From Corynebacterium glutamicum ATCC 13032 (GTDB taxonomy: Bacteria > Actinomycetota > Actinomycetes > Mycobacteriales > Mycobacteriaceae): a stretch of DNA of 32,000 nt. The translations under genes and the position numbers were made by a program. The notes beneath the pieces were generated by a model. The model saw nothing but the letters and a program-made list of their open reading frames with translations. It was not told the origin of the DNA and did no database searches. The stretch covers positions 1,170,001 to 1,202,000 of the forward strand of contig NC_003450.3 in NCBI RefSeq assembly GCF_000011325.1, in the 5' to 3' direction. Positions 1-10,117 of the stretch are shown here, piece after piece (position 1 is the stretch's first letter; every line of letters begins with the position of its first letter).

Positions 1-610
1 CGGTACGCTGAGCCGTAGGCAGCTGATAAAGCTGCTTTGCGACGTCCGCAGGCCTCATATCCTCAAACCCTGCGATGAGTTCGGCGGTGTGATTGGACTC
101 GCCGACACCACCTGCGGTGATGCCGTGGATATGACTCCACGGCACTGTGTGCAGCACTGGGCGCCGGCCAAATTTAGGGCGCTCACCCAGCACCGCCACG
201 CGCGTGATGATCCAATCGCGAGTGCGCGATAACTCCAGCTCCACATCGGCGATTTCTACCGCGCGACCGTGGAATTGTTGCAGCTCTGGATCATCGGTAT
301 GTACTTTTGCACCCACAATATCGCCCATGACCTGCAATTCACCGGTGCGCACGCGAAAGGTTCGAAGTGATACAGAACCGGTAACCAAAGTAATGTCTTT
401 CGGTTCAATGGCAGCGATACGCAACATGGGGACAAAAATACGGCGTTTATTATTAACTAGCTCAACCACTAATCCCAATGCGCGGGAATCATGCCCATAA
501 GGGCGAATATTCACCACGACATCGCGGACGCGACCAATAGCATCCGTATCGGGGCCTCGGACCACCATCCCAGCGAGGCGGCCCACGTAAAGTCGGGAAA
601 TTCCACTCAT
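1..610 (-). CDS. PRC-barrel / MgtE N-terminal-domain protein, 5' part (CDS runs off the left edge)
   Basis: Absent from the ORF track because there is no stop codon inside the window. Manual reverse-complement translation starts at the ATG (rc of 'cat' at 608-610), with an in-frame TAG three codons upstream. It gives 203 stop-free codons: MSGISRLYVGRLAGMVVRGPDTDAIGRVRDVVVNIRPYG...FEDMRPADVAKQLYQLPTAQRT. A PRC-barrel-like N-terminus is followed by the start of an MgtE_N-type helical domain. The family assignment is recalled, not searched. Confidence 0.75.
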   Translation of the reverse strand, partial: MSGISRLYVGRLAGMVVRGPDTDAIGRVRDVVVNIRPYGHDSRALGLVVELVNNKRRIFVPMLRIAAIEPKDITLVTGSVSLRTFRVRTGELQVMGDIVGAKVHTDDPELQQFHGRAVEIADVELELSRTRDWIITRVAVLGERPKFGRRPVLHTVPWSHIHGITAGGVGESNHTAELIAGFEDMRPADVAKQLYQLPTAQRT

Positions 611-692
611 GAACGCCTAGTCTACGGGAACCATTTCACCAGCGTGTACGTTGTAAATGTGAACTGAAAAAGTGAAAAGGAAGATGATAAAG

Positions 693-1190
693 ATGACTCA
701 ACCACGGCCCGATGCCGCATCTGTGTCGCTGGAAAAGAAGCGCCCAGAAGGATGGCCAGTGGGAAGCTTTGAAACATACCCAGAAGCCCAAGCAGCAGTG
801 GATTTGCTCAGTGATAATGCATTCCCCGTCACCGAATTGACCATTGTTGGTGTGGACCTGATTGAAGTGGAACGCGTTACAGGTCGTCTCACGTGGGGTC
901 GTGTGATTGCCGGAGGAATGGCATCTGGCGCATGGTTGGGTCTGTTCTTTGGCATTGTCATGGCCTTGATGTCTGGATTCTGGTTCTCTTCCATCGCAGC
1001 GGGAATAGGTATGGGTTTGGTGTTTGGCATTGTCGGTGCAGCAGTTCCTTATGCTGCTTCCAAAGGCAAGCGGGACTTTACCTCTTCAACTCAAATTGTG
1101 GCGGGGCGCTATGATGTGATTTGTTCCCCAGAACGTGCTCGGGAAGCTCGAGACATGATTGCCCTGAAAACTCGAGATCTCCGCCAATAA
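693..1190 (+). CDS. Membrane protein with a soluble N-terminal general-stress (YflT/GSP17M-like) domain and two Gly-rich TM helices
   Basis: The ORF track gives 672..1190 from a GTG. In-frame ATGs lie at 684 and 693, and GGAAG at 679-683 sits 9 nt before ATG 693. Hydrophobic Gly-rich helices are GGMASGAWLGLFFGIVMALMSGFWF and IAAGIGMGLVFGIVGAAVPY. It is divergent from the MgtE_N gene, as in other Corynebacteriales (recalled synteny). Confidence 0.8.
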   Translation: MTQPRPDAASVSLEKKRPEGWPVGSFETYPEAQAAVDLLSDNAFPVTELTIVGVDLIEVERVTGRLTWGRVIAGGMASGAWLGLFFGIVMALMSGFWFSSIAAGIGMGLVFGIVGAAVPYAASKGKRDFTSSTQIVAGRYDVICSPERAREARDMIALKTRDLRQ

Positions 1191-1205
1191 GTTAAACTAA
1201 CGCCT

Positions 1206-1874
1206 ATGAAAAATGTGGGGAAGCGGATTTTAGTCCTTGCGCTTGGTGCCTCGGTAGCGGGATGCTCAACGCTTTCCCAAGAACCTTCACCACCTGTTCC
1301 GTTGGGAAACGTTGATACTGTGCAGATTGTCTCTCCCAATGGGGAGATTGAGTCTTTTGTGCTGGGGAAGCTGTATGAGACCGCATTAGTGGAACGTGGC
1401 AGATCTGCATCAGTTCAGCTGATTGACGGCGACTTGGATGAGCAACTATCTATGCTGCGAGATGACAGCACTGATTTGGTGATTGCTTGCTCAGGACAAT
1501 TACTGGAATATTACAACCCAGATTTAGCCTCCGAGTTTGCCGTCGAATACGCTAATCAGACAGCCTTTGATAAAAACTCTGGTGAATGGCGCGAAAAAGT
1601 CTACGATGCTCTCCAAGGATCGCTGCCGGACTCCATCGTGGCCACCGATCCTTCCAATGCTATTGGTTGTAAGGACGATACGTCGCTGCCTCAAAACATC
1701 GTGCCAATTTATAGAAAGCCCAATCTGGATAGGGACAATCGGGACACCCTGAACTTTGTGAGCGGTTCTTTGGGTACAAGCGATTTGGAAGCATTGGTCA
1801 AGGACGCCCAAACAACAGGCACAACCTCTGAAACTGCGCTGGATTTCTTATTGTCTAAAGGATTTTCACGCTAG
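1206..1874 (+). CDS. Lipoprotein, short OpuAC/ProX-like (glycine-betaine-type) substrate-binding fold; no transporter partner nearby
   Basis: Signal peptide plus lipobox: MKNVGKRILVLALGASVAGC|S. The mature part shows the OpuAC-like pattern VQIVSPNGEIESFVLGKLYETALVERG...STDLVIACSGQLLEYYNP. There is no adjacent permease or ATPase. The fold assignment comes from pattern memory only. Confidence 0.7.
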   Translation: MKNVGKRILVLALGASVAGCSTLSQEPSPPVPLGNVDTVQIVSPNGEIESFVLGKLYETALVERGRSASVQLIDGDLDEQLSMLRDDSTDLVIACSGQLLEYYNPDLASEFAVEYANQTAFDKNSGEWREKVYDALQGSLPDSIVATDPSNAIGCKDDTSLPQNIVPIYRKPNLDRDNRDTLNFVSGSLGTSDLEALVKDAQTTGTTSETALDFLLSKGFSR

Positions 1875-2399
1875 TTCAGCCGTGGTGATGCACGTGGGGG
1901 CGTCATCACCCGTAGAGATCGGCTGGGTGGATTTCAGGCCGTCATGTTCGATGGTGAGTGTGGCATCAATGTTGCGGGGGAGCCACATCCCAACAAATCC
2001 ATTATCGTAGGTGATGGTGTCCTCTTCGAGGATGGTTTCTCCATTATCTGCCACCACCGTTACTTTCACTGGGGTGTTGGCGAGTTCACCAGTACATGTG
2101 GTGAGGCTGTGATAGAAGCACTCGTGGGTTGTGGTGGTGTACGGGGCTGCGGAGATATAGAACTCATCTGCAGGCATGTCAATGCTGAGCTGTCCGCTTT
2201 GATCCGACAGAATTAACTCATCTGCCCGAATGGAGGCCATGAGGTTAGTTGCTCTGTCTGCGACTGGGGTTTGATCAAGTTCTGTGATGATCTCCTGCGC
2301 TGAGCGTCCATCGAATCCCTCGAGCTGCGTTGTGGAAGTGGAGGAGCAGCCACTTAACAAAAGTACTGAAGAGATCGCGACCGCACAGATTCGTTTCAT
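1866..2399 (-). CDS. Lipoprotein, CueP-family-like metal-binding protein
   Basis: The ORF track gives 1866..2462, but the lipoprotein signal starts at internal Met22 (ATG at 2399): MKRICAVAISSVLLLSGC|SS, preceded by GGTGGAAGG. The upstream extension is occupied by the odhA terminator hairpin. The Cys/His-containing block FYISAAPYTTTTHECFYHSLTTCTGEL and the C-terminal APTCITT resemble CueP (recalled). Confidence 0.7.
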   Translation of the reverse strand: MKRICAVAISSVLLLSGCSSTSTTQLEGFDGRSAQEIITELDQTPVADRATNLMASIRADELILSDQSGQLSIDMPADEFYISAAPYTTTTHECFYHSLTTCTGELANTPVKVTVVADNGETILEEDTITYDNGFVGMWLPRNIDATLTIEHDGLKSTQPISTGDDAPTCITTAELA

Positions 2400-2425
2400 A
2401 CCTTCCACCTTAGGCAACCACGGCA

Positions 2426-2471
2426 GCAAAAAGGGCCGTATGCTGTGTGATTCACACGGCATAAGGCCCTT
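2426..2471 (-). terminator. Rho-independent terminator downstream of odhA
   Basis: Long imperfect hairpin at 2431-2471: AAGGGCC-g-TATGC-t-GTGTG / att loop / CACAC-g-GCATA-a-GGCCCTT. That is 7+5+5 bp with one mismatch and one G-U pair. On the minus strand it is followed by a T-tract (rc of the A-run at 2428-2432). It lies 27 nt after the odhA stop. Confidence 0.7.
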
Positions 2472-2497
2472 CTAGGCTAGTGCAGGACTATAAAGAC

Positions 2498-5400
2498 TTA
2501 AGCCTCGAAAGCCTCGTCGATAAGCTGCTTCTCCTCCAGCTGGTGCACCTTGGCAACACCAGTTGCGGTGGAGGACTGAGCGCGGCGGGAAACGCGGCGC
2601 ATCTTTGGCATGTTCGGGATCAGCTCTGGGAGGTGCTCCTGGTAGAACGGCCATGGGCCCTGGTTTGCTGGCTCATCCTGAACGAAGAGGACTTCCTCAG
2701 CGTTAGGGTAGCCGGCAAGAGCCTCGGAGATGCGGTTGAACGGAATTGGGTGGAGCATTTCGATACGAACGATCGCGATGTCGTCGCGTCCGTCCTTCTC
2801 CTTGCGCTTTGCCAATTCGTAGTACAGCTTGCCGGAGACCAGCATGACCTTCTTCACCTTGGCTGCATCTGCAACGTTTGGATCGTTGATCACGGACTGG
2901 AACTTGGTGACCTCAGTGAAGTCTTCTGGTGCGGAGGCAGCAGCCTTGTTACGCAGCATGGACTTCGGGGTGAAGATAACCAGTGGACGCTTCAGGTCGG
3001 ACAGAGCGTGACGACGCAGTAGGTGGAAGTGGTTTGCTGGGGTGGATGGCTGAGCAACAGTCATGGAACCCTCAGCGCACAGCTGCAGGAAGCGCTCGAT
3101 ACGTGCGGAAGAGTGGTCTGGGCCCTGGCCTTCGTAGCCGTGAGGCAGCAGAAGGATCAGCTTGGAGGTCTGGCCCCACTTAGCTTCGCCTGAGGAGACG
3201 TACTCATCGATGATGGTCTGAGCGCCGTTGGCGAAGTCGCCGAACTGTGCTTCCCATGCAACGATGGAGTCTTCGTTTCCTACGGAGTAGCCGTACTCGA
3301 AGCCCATGCCTGCGTACTCGGTCAGTGCGGAGTTGTAGACCAGGAACTTACCGTTGTTGCCCTTGGACTGTGCAAGCTCGTGGAGTGGGTTGAACTCTTC
3401 AGCGGTCGCTGGGTCGATGGCAACTGCGTGGCGCTGGGTGAAGGTACCGCGGCGGGAATCTTCACCTGCAAGGCGAACCAAGCGGCCGGAGTTAGCCAGG
3501 GAACCGAAGGCGAGGAGCTCGCCCCATGCCCAGTCGATGCCACCTTCGGTGACAGAGGAGACGCGCTTCTTAGCAACGGGAGCCACACGTGGGTGGTAGT
3601 TGAAGCCTTCTGGGGTGTTGGCGAAAGCCTGTCCCAGTTCCAGGAGCTCTTCACGGGAGATGTTGGTCTCAAGGCCGTGTGGAAGCTTCTGGGAGCCGGT
3701 GATGCCGGTCTGTGCCTCAGCCTGCTTCTTGCCGCCTTCCTTGACTTCGTTGAACACAGATTCCATCTGGTCGTGGAAGTCGCGGACGACTGCTTCTGCA
3801 TCTTCGTTGGAGAGGTCTCCACGTCCGAGCAGGTCTTCGGTGTACTGAGCACGAACGGTCTCGCGGCCGGTGATGAGCTCATACATCTTTGGCTGGGTCA
3901 TGGAAGGATCATCAGCTTCGTTGTGGCCGCGGAGGCGGTAGCAGACGAGGTCGATGAAGACGTCCTTGCCGAAGCGACGACGGTACTCGGTGGCCAGCTG
4001 GCCAACCCAGACAACTGCCTCTGGGTCGTCGCCGTTGACGTGGAAGACTGGGCAGCCGAATGCCTTGGCGTAGTCGGTTGCGTAGTGCATGGAGCGGCTG
4101 GAGTCTGGGGTGGTGGTGAAGCCGATCTGGTTGTTCACCACGATGTGGATGGTGCCGCCGACGTCGTAGCCACGCAGCTTAGCCAGGTTGATGGTTTCTG
4201 GCACGATGCCCAGGCCTGCGAATGCAGCGTCACCGTGGAGCAGCAGTGGCACAACAGTCTTGCCGTCTACGCCCTTGTCCAGGTAGTCCTGCTTTGCGCG
4301 GACGATACCTTCCATCACTGGGTTAACAGCTTCCAGGTGGGACGGGTTAGCAGTCAGGGAGACCTTGATCTCGCCGTCGCCGAACATCTGCAGGTGCTGG
4401 CCTTCGGAACCGAGGTGGTACTTCACGTCACCGGAGCCACCGATCTGGCCCTGCTCCATTTGGCCTTCAAACTCGTTGAAGATGGATGCCAGTGGCTTGC
4501 CCACGATGTTGAACAGCACGTTGAGGCGACCACGGTGTGGCATACCGATGACAACTTCGTCGAGGCCTTGGCCTGCGGCGGTGTCGATGGCGGAGTCCAT
4601 CAGTGGGATAAGTGCTTCTGCACCTTCGAGGGAGAAGCGCTTCTGGCCGACGTACTTGGTCTGCAGGAAGTTCTCGAAAGCCTCCGCGGCGTTCAGCTTC
4701 TGCAGGATGTACTTCTGCTCTGCCTGGGTTGGCTTTGGCATTCCGGCCTCGAGGCGGTCCTGCAGCCAGGTGCGCTCGTCGCGGTCCAGGATGTGGGTGT
4801 ATTCGGAGCCGACCTTGAGGGTGTACGCAGCGCGGAGGCGGGACAGTACCTCGCGCAGGGTCATGGTCTCCTTGCCGCCGAAGCCACCGACGTTGAAGGT
4901 ACGGTCCAGATCCCAGATGGTCAGGTTGTGGGTCTCGATGTCGAGGTCGCGGTGGTCTGGAACTGGCATGCCAGGCTGAACCCATGAAAGTGGGTTGGTG
5001 TCAGCGATGAGGTGTCCACGGGAGCGGTATGCCTCAATGAGCTGCATGACGCGGGTGTTCTTATCAACACCGGTGTTTGGAACGTCCTGTGCCCAACGCA
5101 TTGGGGTGTAAGGAACGTTCATTGCGTCGAAGATCTCATCCCAGAAGGAATCATCGGTGAGCAGGCGAGACATGGTGCGCAGGAATTCACCGGACACAGC
5201 ACCCTGGATCACGCGGTGATCGTAGGTGGAGGTGATGGTGACAAGTTTGCCAACGCCGAGCTCTGCAAGGCGGTCTTCTGAAGCGCCCTGGAACTCTGCT
5301 GGGTAATCCATGGAACCGACACCGATGATGGTGCCCTGGCCCTTGGTTAGACGTGGAACAGAGTGGCGGGTACCGATGCCACCTGGGTTGGTCAAGGAAA

Positions 5401-6163
5401 CGGTAACGCCCTGGTAGTCATCCATGGTGAGCTTGCCCTTGCGGGAGCGTGCCACGATGTCTTCGTAGGCTGCGAGGAACTCGGAGAAGTTCATCTTCTC
5501 GGTTTCCTTGATGGCTGCTACGACAAGTGCGCGGGAGCCGTCCTTCTGAGGAAGGTCGATAGCAAGGCCCAGGTTGATGTGCTCAGGCACGATCAGGGTT
5601 GGCTTGCCGTCGATGACGTCGTAGGAGTTGTTCATGTCCGGGTGAGCCATGACTGCCTTCACCATGGCGTAGCCAATGATGTGGGTGAAGGAGATCTTGC
5701 CACCGCGGGTGCGCTTGAGCTGATCGTTGACCATCGCGCGGTTTTCGAACATGAGGCGAGCTGGCATATCGCGAACCGAGGTTGCGGTTGGGATTTCCAG
5801 GGAGATATCCATGTTCTTCGCGATGGACTTGAAAATACCCCTGATTGGGGTTTGTCCTGGCTCCGGAAGCTTAGGTTGCTGTGGCACTGAGGACTCCTTG
5901 GCCTTAGGGGCGGTCTTGTCGGCCGGCTTGGTTTCTACGCGCGGTGCTGCCTTGGCTGCAGGGGCAGCCTTTGGTGCTGGTTTCGCAGACTCCTTGGGCG
6001 CTGAAGGCTGTGCTTCTGTTGTAGCGGGGGTAGTATTTGGTCCCCCCTGCGCCTCAAAGAGTTCTCTCCATTCCTTGTCCACGGACTTGGGGTCCTTCTG
6101 GAACTGCTGGAACATCTCGTCTACCAGCCACGCATTCTGGCCGAAAGTACTAGCGCTGCTCAC
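2498..6163 (-). CDS. odhA: 2-oxoglutarate dehydrogenase E1 component with fused E2-like acyltransferase domain (OdhA/Kgd type), 1221 aa
   Basis: The longest ORF is 2498..6271 (1257 aa). The GTG at 6163 (rc 'cac' 6161-6163) gives (M)[35 protein letters not shown], which matches my recollection of the C. glutamicum OdhA N-terminus and its 1221-aa length. AAAAGAGGCGAG lies upstream. An Ala/Pro-rich linker is followed by an acyltransferase catalytic domain (..[16 protein letters not shown]..). The E1o TPP region follows (..[15 protein letters not shown]..). Confidence 0.95.
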   Translation of the reverse strand: MSSASTFGQNAWLVDEMFQQFQKDPKSVDKEWRELFEAQGGPNTTPATTEAQPSAPKESAKPAPKAAPAAKAAPRVETKPADKTAPKAKESSVPQQPKLPEPGQTPIRGIFKSIAKNMDISLEIPTATSVRDMPARLMFENRAMVNDQLKRTRGGKISFTHIIGYAMVKAVMAHPDMNNSYDVIDGKPTLIVPEHINLGLAIDLPQKDGSRALVVAAIKETEKMNFSEFLAAYEDIVARSRKGKLTMDDYQGVTVSLTNPGGIGTRHSVPRLTKGQGTIIGVGSMDYPAEFQGASEDRLAELGVGKLVTITSTYDHRVIQGAVSGEFLRTMSRLLTDDSFWDEIFDAMNVPYTPMRWAQDVPNTGVDKNTRVMQLIEAYRSRGHLIADTNPLSWVQPGMPVPDHRDLDIETHNLTIWDLDRTFNVGGFGGKETMTLREVLSRLRAAYTLKVGSEYTHILDRDERTWLQDRLEAGMPKPTQAEQKYILQKLNAAEAFENFLQTKYVGQKRFSLEGAEALIPLMDSAIDTAAGQGLDEVVIGMPHRGRLNVLFNIVGKPLASIFNEFEGQMEQGQIGGSGDVKYHLGSEGQHLQMFGDGEIKVSLTANPSHLEAVNPVMEGIVRAKQDYLDKGVDGKTVVPLLLHGDAAFAGLGIVPETINLAKLRGYDVGGTIHIVVNNQIGFTTTPDSSRSMHYATDYAKAFGCPVFHVNGDDPEAVVWVGQLATEYRRRFGKDVFIDLVCYRLRGHNEADDPSMTQPKMYELITGRETVRAQYTEDLLGRGDLSNEDAEAVVRDFHDQMESVFNEVKEGGKKQAEAQTGITGSQKLPHGLETNISREELLELGQAFANTPEGFNYHPRVAPVAKKRVSSVTEGGIDWAWGELLAFGSLANSGRLVRLAGEDSRRGTFTQRHAVAIDPATAEEFNPLHELAQSKGNNGKFLVYNSALTEYAGMGFEYGYSVGNEDSIVAWEAQFGDFANGAQTIIDEYVSSGEAKWGQTSKLILLLPHGYEGQGPDHSSARIERFLQLCAEGSMTVAQPSTPANHFHLLRRHALSDLKRPLVIFTPKSMLRNKAAASAPEDFTEVTKFQSVINDPNVADAAKVKKVMLVSGKLYYELAKRKEKDGRDDIAIVRIEMLHPIPFNRISEALAGYPNAEEVLFVQDEPANQGPWPFYQEHLPELIPNMPKMRRVSRRAQSSTATGVAKVHQLEEKQLIDEAFEA

Positions 6164-6304
6164 GGCAGGTACTCGCCTCTTTTCCTTGCTTCTTGAGGGT
6201 TTATTGAGCTTTGTTTTATCCACTGTAACGTTGGTCGTTGGCTGATTATGCCTAAGCCCCAGTTGTAGCATTAATTTGTTGACAGTTCTCCTAAAAATAA
6301 CGTG

Positions 6305-9300
6305 TCAGGCCATTAAATGCCACATGCGGGCGTAGGTGCCGTTAGCAGACAACAACGCGTCGTGAGATCCGTCCTCAATGATACGTCCTTGTTCAACAAC
6401 AAGAATACGGTCGGCCCTTTTAGCGGTTGCCAAGCGGTGCGCGACGATGATGCTGGTGCGTCCCTTAGTGACTCGATCGGAGGCGTTGAGGATAACGGCT
6501 TCGGTGGCGGGGTCGAGGGTGGAGGTGGCTTCGTCGAGAAGCATGATGGAAGGCTCGATAAGTTCGGCGCGCGCCAGCGCGATCAGTTGGCGCTGTCCGG
6601 ATGACAGGTTGCGCCCGCGTTCACCGACTTGATGGTTGAAACCATCAGGGATGGCGGCGATGGCGTTTAAGGCTCCGACGCGGCGTGCTGCCGCTTCGAT
6701 TTTGCTTGTCGACGCCTCCCTGCATCCGTAGCCAATGTTGTCGGCGATGCTTCCACTAAACAAGTGTGCTTCTTGTGGCACGGTACCGATTGTGCGGCGC
6801 CAATCAGCGGTGGGGAAGTCCTTGATATCGATCTCGCCAGCTTTCACGGCACCTTCATTGGGGTCGTAGAGGCGGGAAAGGAGTTTCACCACGGTGGATT
6901 TTCCAGCGCCGGTTGGTCCCACCACAGCGACGGTGGTTCCCGGTTCGATCTGGACGGTGACGTTGTCTAGGATCGGATCGTCTGAATAGCCGAAGGTGAC
7001 GTCGTCAAGCAATAAAGGCTGCGTGGCAGCCTGCCTAGCGTGCCTGTTGGTGCCCAGATCTGGGACGCTGGGCTGCGTTGCGAGCAGTTCGGTGATGCGA
7101 CGGAAGCCGACGGCGGCTTGTTGGTAGGAGTCGAAGATTTGGCTTAGTTGTTGGATGGGGCCGAACATCAGGCCCATGTACAGCACGAATGCCACGAGTA
7201 CGCCGGTGGAGATGTCGCCGCGCGTTACTTGCAGTGCGCCGAAACCGAGGACGAGTGCCTGGGCGATTTCAGAGAGCGCGCCAAGGCCGGGGAAGTAGAT
7301 GGCGATGGCCGTCTGGGATTTCACACGCAGGCGTCGGAATTCCTCTGCTTCGCCCGCATAATTGTCAAAGACTTGGTCTTCCATGCGGTGCATCTGCGCG
7401 GTGCGTAAACCGGCGATGGACTCGTGGAATACCGCGTTGACCTGGCTGGCTTGCTCGCGTGAAGCGGTGTACAGCCTGGAGCTGATGCGTCGGAAAATGA
7501 GAGTGAGCACGATGATGATCGGCACCACGGACAGCGCAACGAGTGCTAGTTGTGCGTCGGTGATGGCGAGCATGGTGACCACACCGATGAGCGTGCCCAC
7601 AGAGACAACTGTTTGCGCCAGACCTGATTGGAGGAAGGACGAGAGGTTGTCGATGTCGGTGGTCATGCGCGTCATGATGCGGCCGGACATGGTGCGTTCG
7701 AAATAGCTCATGGACAGGCGCAATAGATGCACAAATGAGCGCAGACGCAAGCCGTAAAGCAGCCGTTCACCGGTGCGTGCCGTGATAATCGTGTTGATCG
7801 CGGCGGCGGCCCAGGACAGAAGGACTACTACGCTGCCTGCGATGGCGATCCACCACAACGTGGAGGTGCTTTGTGCTTGCACACCGTTGTCGATGGCTGC
7901 GCGCATCAGTGTTGGAAATGCTAGATCGGCGGCTACGCCCACCAGCAACAACGCGATGACCGCGACGACGAGCCAACGGACCTGCTTGAATAAACTGAGC
8001 AATTTGAAACCGGAGGTACTGGTGCGTAGCCTCCCGGCATCAACTCGTGTTTCTTCCGTTGCTGCTGGCAGCGCCTCAATCTGGGCGAGCAGCTCAGGGG
8101 TTGCTGGCATGGACATGCCACGGCCTCGACCAGGGGCAGGCGCAAGAATCTTGTACTGCTTTTCTGTGGAGACCTCCGGCCACAATTGCTCTTGGCTGGG
8201 TAGTGAACCGTTGTCGAGGGTGAATTCCGGATCGTGAGAATCCTGGAAATCAAGAGCCATCAGATGCGAGAAACGAGCGTGATCACGCATCTCACTCAAC
8301 GGTCCCAGTGCTGTTACCCGTCCATCTTCGACCAGACCAACCCGATCGCCGAGCTCCAAAGTGGAGTGGCGGTGCGCGATGATCAAAATGGTGACATCGT
8401 GCAGTTCTTCGCGCAAGGCCTGGAAAATGCGGTCCTCAGTGGAGGCATCAATGGCAGAGGTGGCATCATCAAGCACCAACACTTTGGGATGCGCCAGGAA
8501 AGCCCGTGCGAGGGCGATGCGTTGGCGTTGACCACCAGAAAGCGTCAGGCCGCGTTCGCCAATGACTTCCTCGTATTTGTTTGGAAGGCGATCGATAAAA
8601 TCATGAGCCTGGGCAAGCCTGGCTGCGTGTTCGATCTGCTCATCACTGACATCCAAACCCATCGAGATGTTCTCGCGGATGGAGGAGGAGTACAAGAACG
8701 GCTCATCAAAAACCGCGATGAGATTCCTGCGGATATCGCTGTGGGTGAGGTCGTCGAAGCGAGTGCGATGGCCGTTGCTATCAAAGGCGATGTGGCCGCT
8801 GTCTGGTTGATAAAAGTTTCCAGCAAGCTGCACAGCCATGGTCTTGCCTGAACCTGGAGGGCCCACCAACACAACGGTTTCACCGGCCTGAACACCCAGC
8901 TCAAAACCGTTGAGAATCCCACGGAAATCTACGTTGTTGAACGACAGACCCAGGGGAGTGTCGGGAAGTGACAGGGGGTGTGCAGGATCGGTGCGTTCAG
9001 GCTGAAGATCAATGACTTCAAAGATGCGCTCCACAGAAGACAGCGCCAACTGCACGCGCATGAGCATGCCCGACAGGGACCTAGCCACCGCCGACAAGCT
9101 AGTGAGATAGGAAGAAAACGCCACAAACGTGCCCACCGTGATGTGACCAGTCATGGCCAAATAGCCACCGCCAACAATGTTGACCACCAAAGCAAGCTGC
9201 GGAAGCTGCTCAACCATGGGGATGAACTTTGCCGTCAGACGTGCAGTGCGCATGCGCTGGGCAAATAACTCACGTGCGGTGAGATCCAATTTGTCGGTCT

Positions 9301-10048
9301 CGCGGTCTTCCTGCGCAAATGCCTTGACCACGCGGATACCCGTGACAGTTTCTTCCACATGAGTGGTCAGATCCGCAGCCTTTTGCTGGGCCGACCACGT
9401 GGACGCAAAAAGCGCTTTTCGCGAATAGGCCACGGCCCACAACAGCAAAGGCACCAACACTGCAGCGATGATGGTCAGCGGCGGGGAAATAGCCAGCATG
9501 ATCACCAAAGTGAGCACAAGCTTGACCACATTTCCGATCAACATCGGCAACATCGCCACAAGGCTTTGCACCATGTTGATATCCGAAATGGACCGACTGA
9601 CTACTTGGCCTGTGCGAATAGAGTCCTGACCTGGCCCATCGAGGTTCTGCAATGAGCGCATCGTTTTAAGCCGGACATCATGCTGTACCCCCATGCTGAG
9701 CTTGCCTGCGGTGTATCGCCGTCCAAATTGACTGGCATAGCGAAGCAACGCGAGAAGCACGATAAGGGCAATGACGCTGGTCAACACGCTTAATCCACTC
9801 GGAGTGAACCGGTCCAGCAGGTCAGTGGTTAAAGTATCTCCGGTATTTCCGAGCGCGATATCGATGGCGCCACCGGTCAAAAGAGGAAGTGTAAGTTCAA
9901 ACAACGTTGCAGCTAAAGCGCTGATTACGGTGAATGAGGTGAGCCAAGGTCGCTGCCACGCCACGGAAATAAGTTGGCGGATGCGTTGTGGCTTTTCAGG
10001 TGCTTTCTTAGGGGCTAATTGTGCTTTTTGGGATTGCTCAGTTTTCAT
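6305..10048 (-). CDS. Fused ABC exporter, (TMD-NBD)x2 in one 1247-aa polypeptide (type IV / multidrug-lipid exporter fold)
   Basis: There are two six-helix TMDs and two NBDs. NBD1 has Walker A GPPGSGKT, signature LSGGQRQR, Walker B VLVLDDATSAID and H-loop IIAHRHS. NBD2 has Walker A GPTGAGKST, signature LSSGQRQL, Walker B IMLLDEATSTLD and H-loop IVAHRLA. GAAAGG lies 7 nt before the ATG at 10048. Confidence 0.92.
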   Translation of the reverse strand: MKTEQSQKAQLAPKKAPEKPQRIRQLISVAWQRPWLTSFTVISALAATLFELTLPLLTGGAIDIALGNTGDTLTTDLLDRFTPSGLSVLTSVIALIVLLALLRYASQFGRRYTAGKLSMGVQHDVRLKTMRSLQNLDGPGQDSIRTGQVVSRSISDINMVQSLVAMLPMLIGNVVKLVLTLVIMLAISPPLTIIAAVLVPLLLWAVAYSRKALFASTWSAQQKAADLTTHVEETVTGIRVVKAFAQEDRETDKLDLTARELFAQRMRTARLTAKFIPMVEQLPQLALVVNIVGGGYLAMTGHITVGTFVAFSSYLTSLSAVARSLSGMLMRVQLALSSVERIFEVIDLQPERTDPAHPLSLPDTPLGLSFNNVDFRGILNGFELGVQAGETVVLVGPPGSGKTMAVQLAGNFYQPDSGHIAFDSNGHRTRFDDLTHSDIRRNLIAVFDEPFLYSSSIRENISMGLDVSDEQIEHAARLAQAHDFIDRLPNKYEEVIGERGLTLSGGQRQRIALARAFLAHPKVLVLDDATSAIDASTEDRIFQALREELHDVTILIIAHRHSTLELGDRVGLVEDGRVTALGPLSEMRDHARFSHLMALDFQDSHDPEFTLDNGSLPSQEQLWPEVSTEKQYKILAPAPGRGRGMSMPATPELLAQIEALPAATEETRVDAGRLRTSTSGFKLLSLFKQVRWLVVAVIALLLVGVAADLAFPTLMRAAIDNGVQAQSTSTLWWIAIAGSVVVLLSWAAAAINTIITARTGERLLYGLRLRSFVHLLRLSMSYFERTMSGRIMTRMTTDIDNLSSFLQSGLAQTVVSVGTLIGVVTMLAITDAQLALVALSVVPIIIVLTLIFRRISSRLYTASREQASQVNAVFHESIAGLRTAQMHRMEDQVFDNYAGEAEEFRRLRVKSQTAIAIYFPGLGALSEIAQALVLGFGALQVTRGDISTGVLVAFVLYMGLMFGPIQQLSQIFDSYQQAAVGFRRITELLATQPSVPDLGTNRHARQAATQPLLLDDVTFGYSDDPILDNVTVQIEPGTTVAVVGPTGAGKSTVVKLLSRLYDPNEGAVKAGEIDIKDFPTADWRRTIGTVPQEAHLFSGSIADNIGYGCREASTSKIEAAARRVGALNAIAAIPDGFNHQVGERGRNLSSGQRQLIALARAELIEPSIMLLDEATSTLDPATEAVILNASDRVTKGRTSIIVAHRLATAKRADRILVVEQGRIIEDGSHDALLSANGTYARMWHLMA

Positions 10049-10117
10049 GCGTGAGCCTTTCAGTATTTTTGAGCCTGTTGGGGGAGTAATCCTTTCTGTT
10101 GGAAGGGTCTTGAGTAC

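Noticed and set aside
3380-4987. A 535-aa plus-strand ORF, the second-longest class of ORF in the window, along with several 170-200-aa neighbours.
   Set aside because: It lies entirely antisense inside odhA. It has a low-complexity V/A/G/L-rich composition, no RBS and no recognisable motifs. This is the typical shadow ORF produced by codon bias opposite a highly expressed gene.
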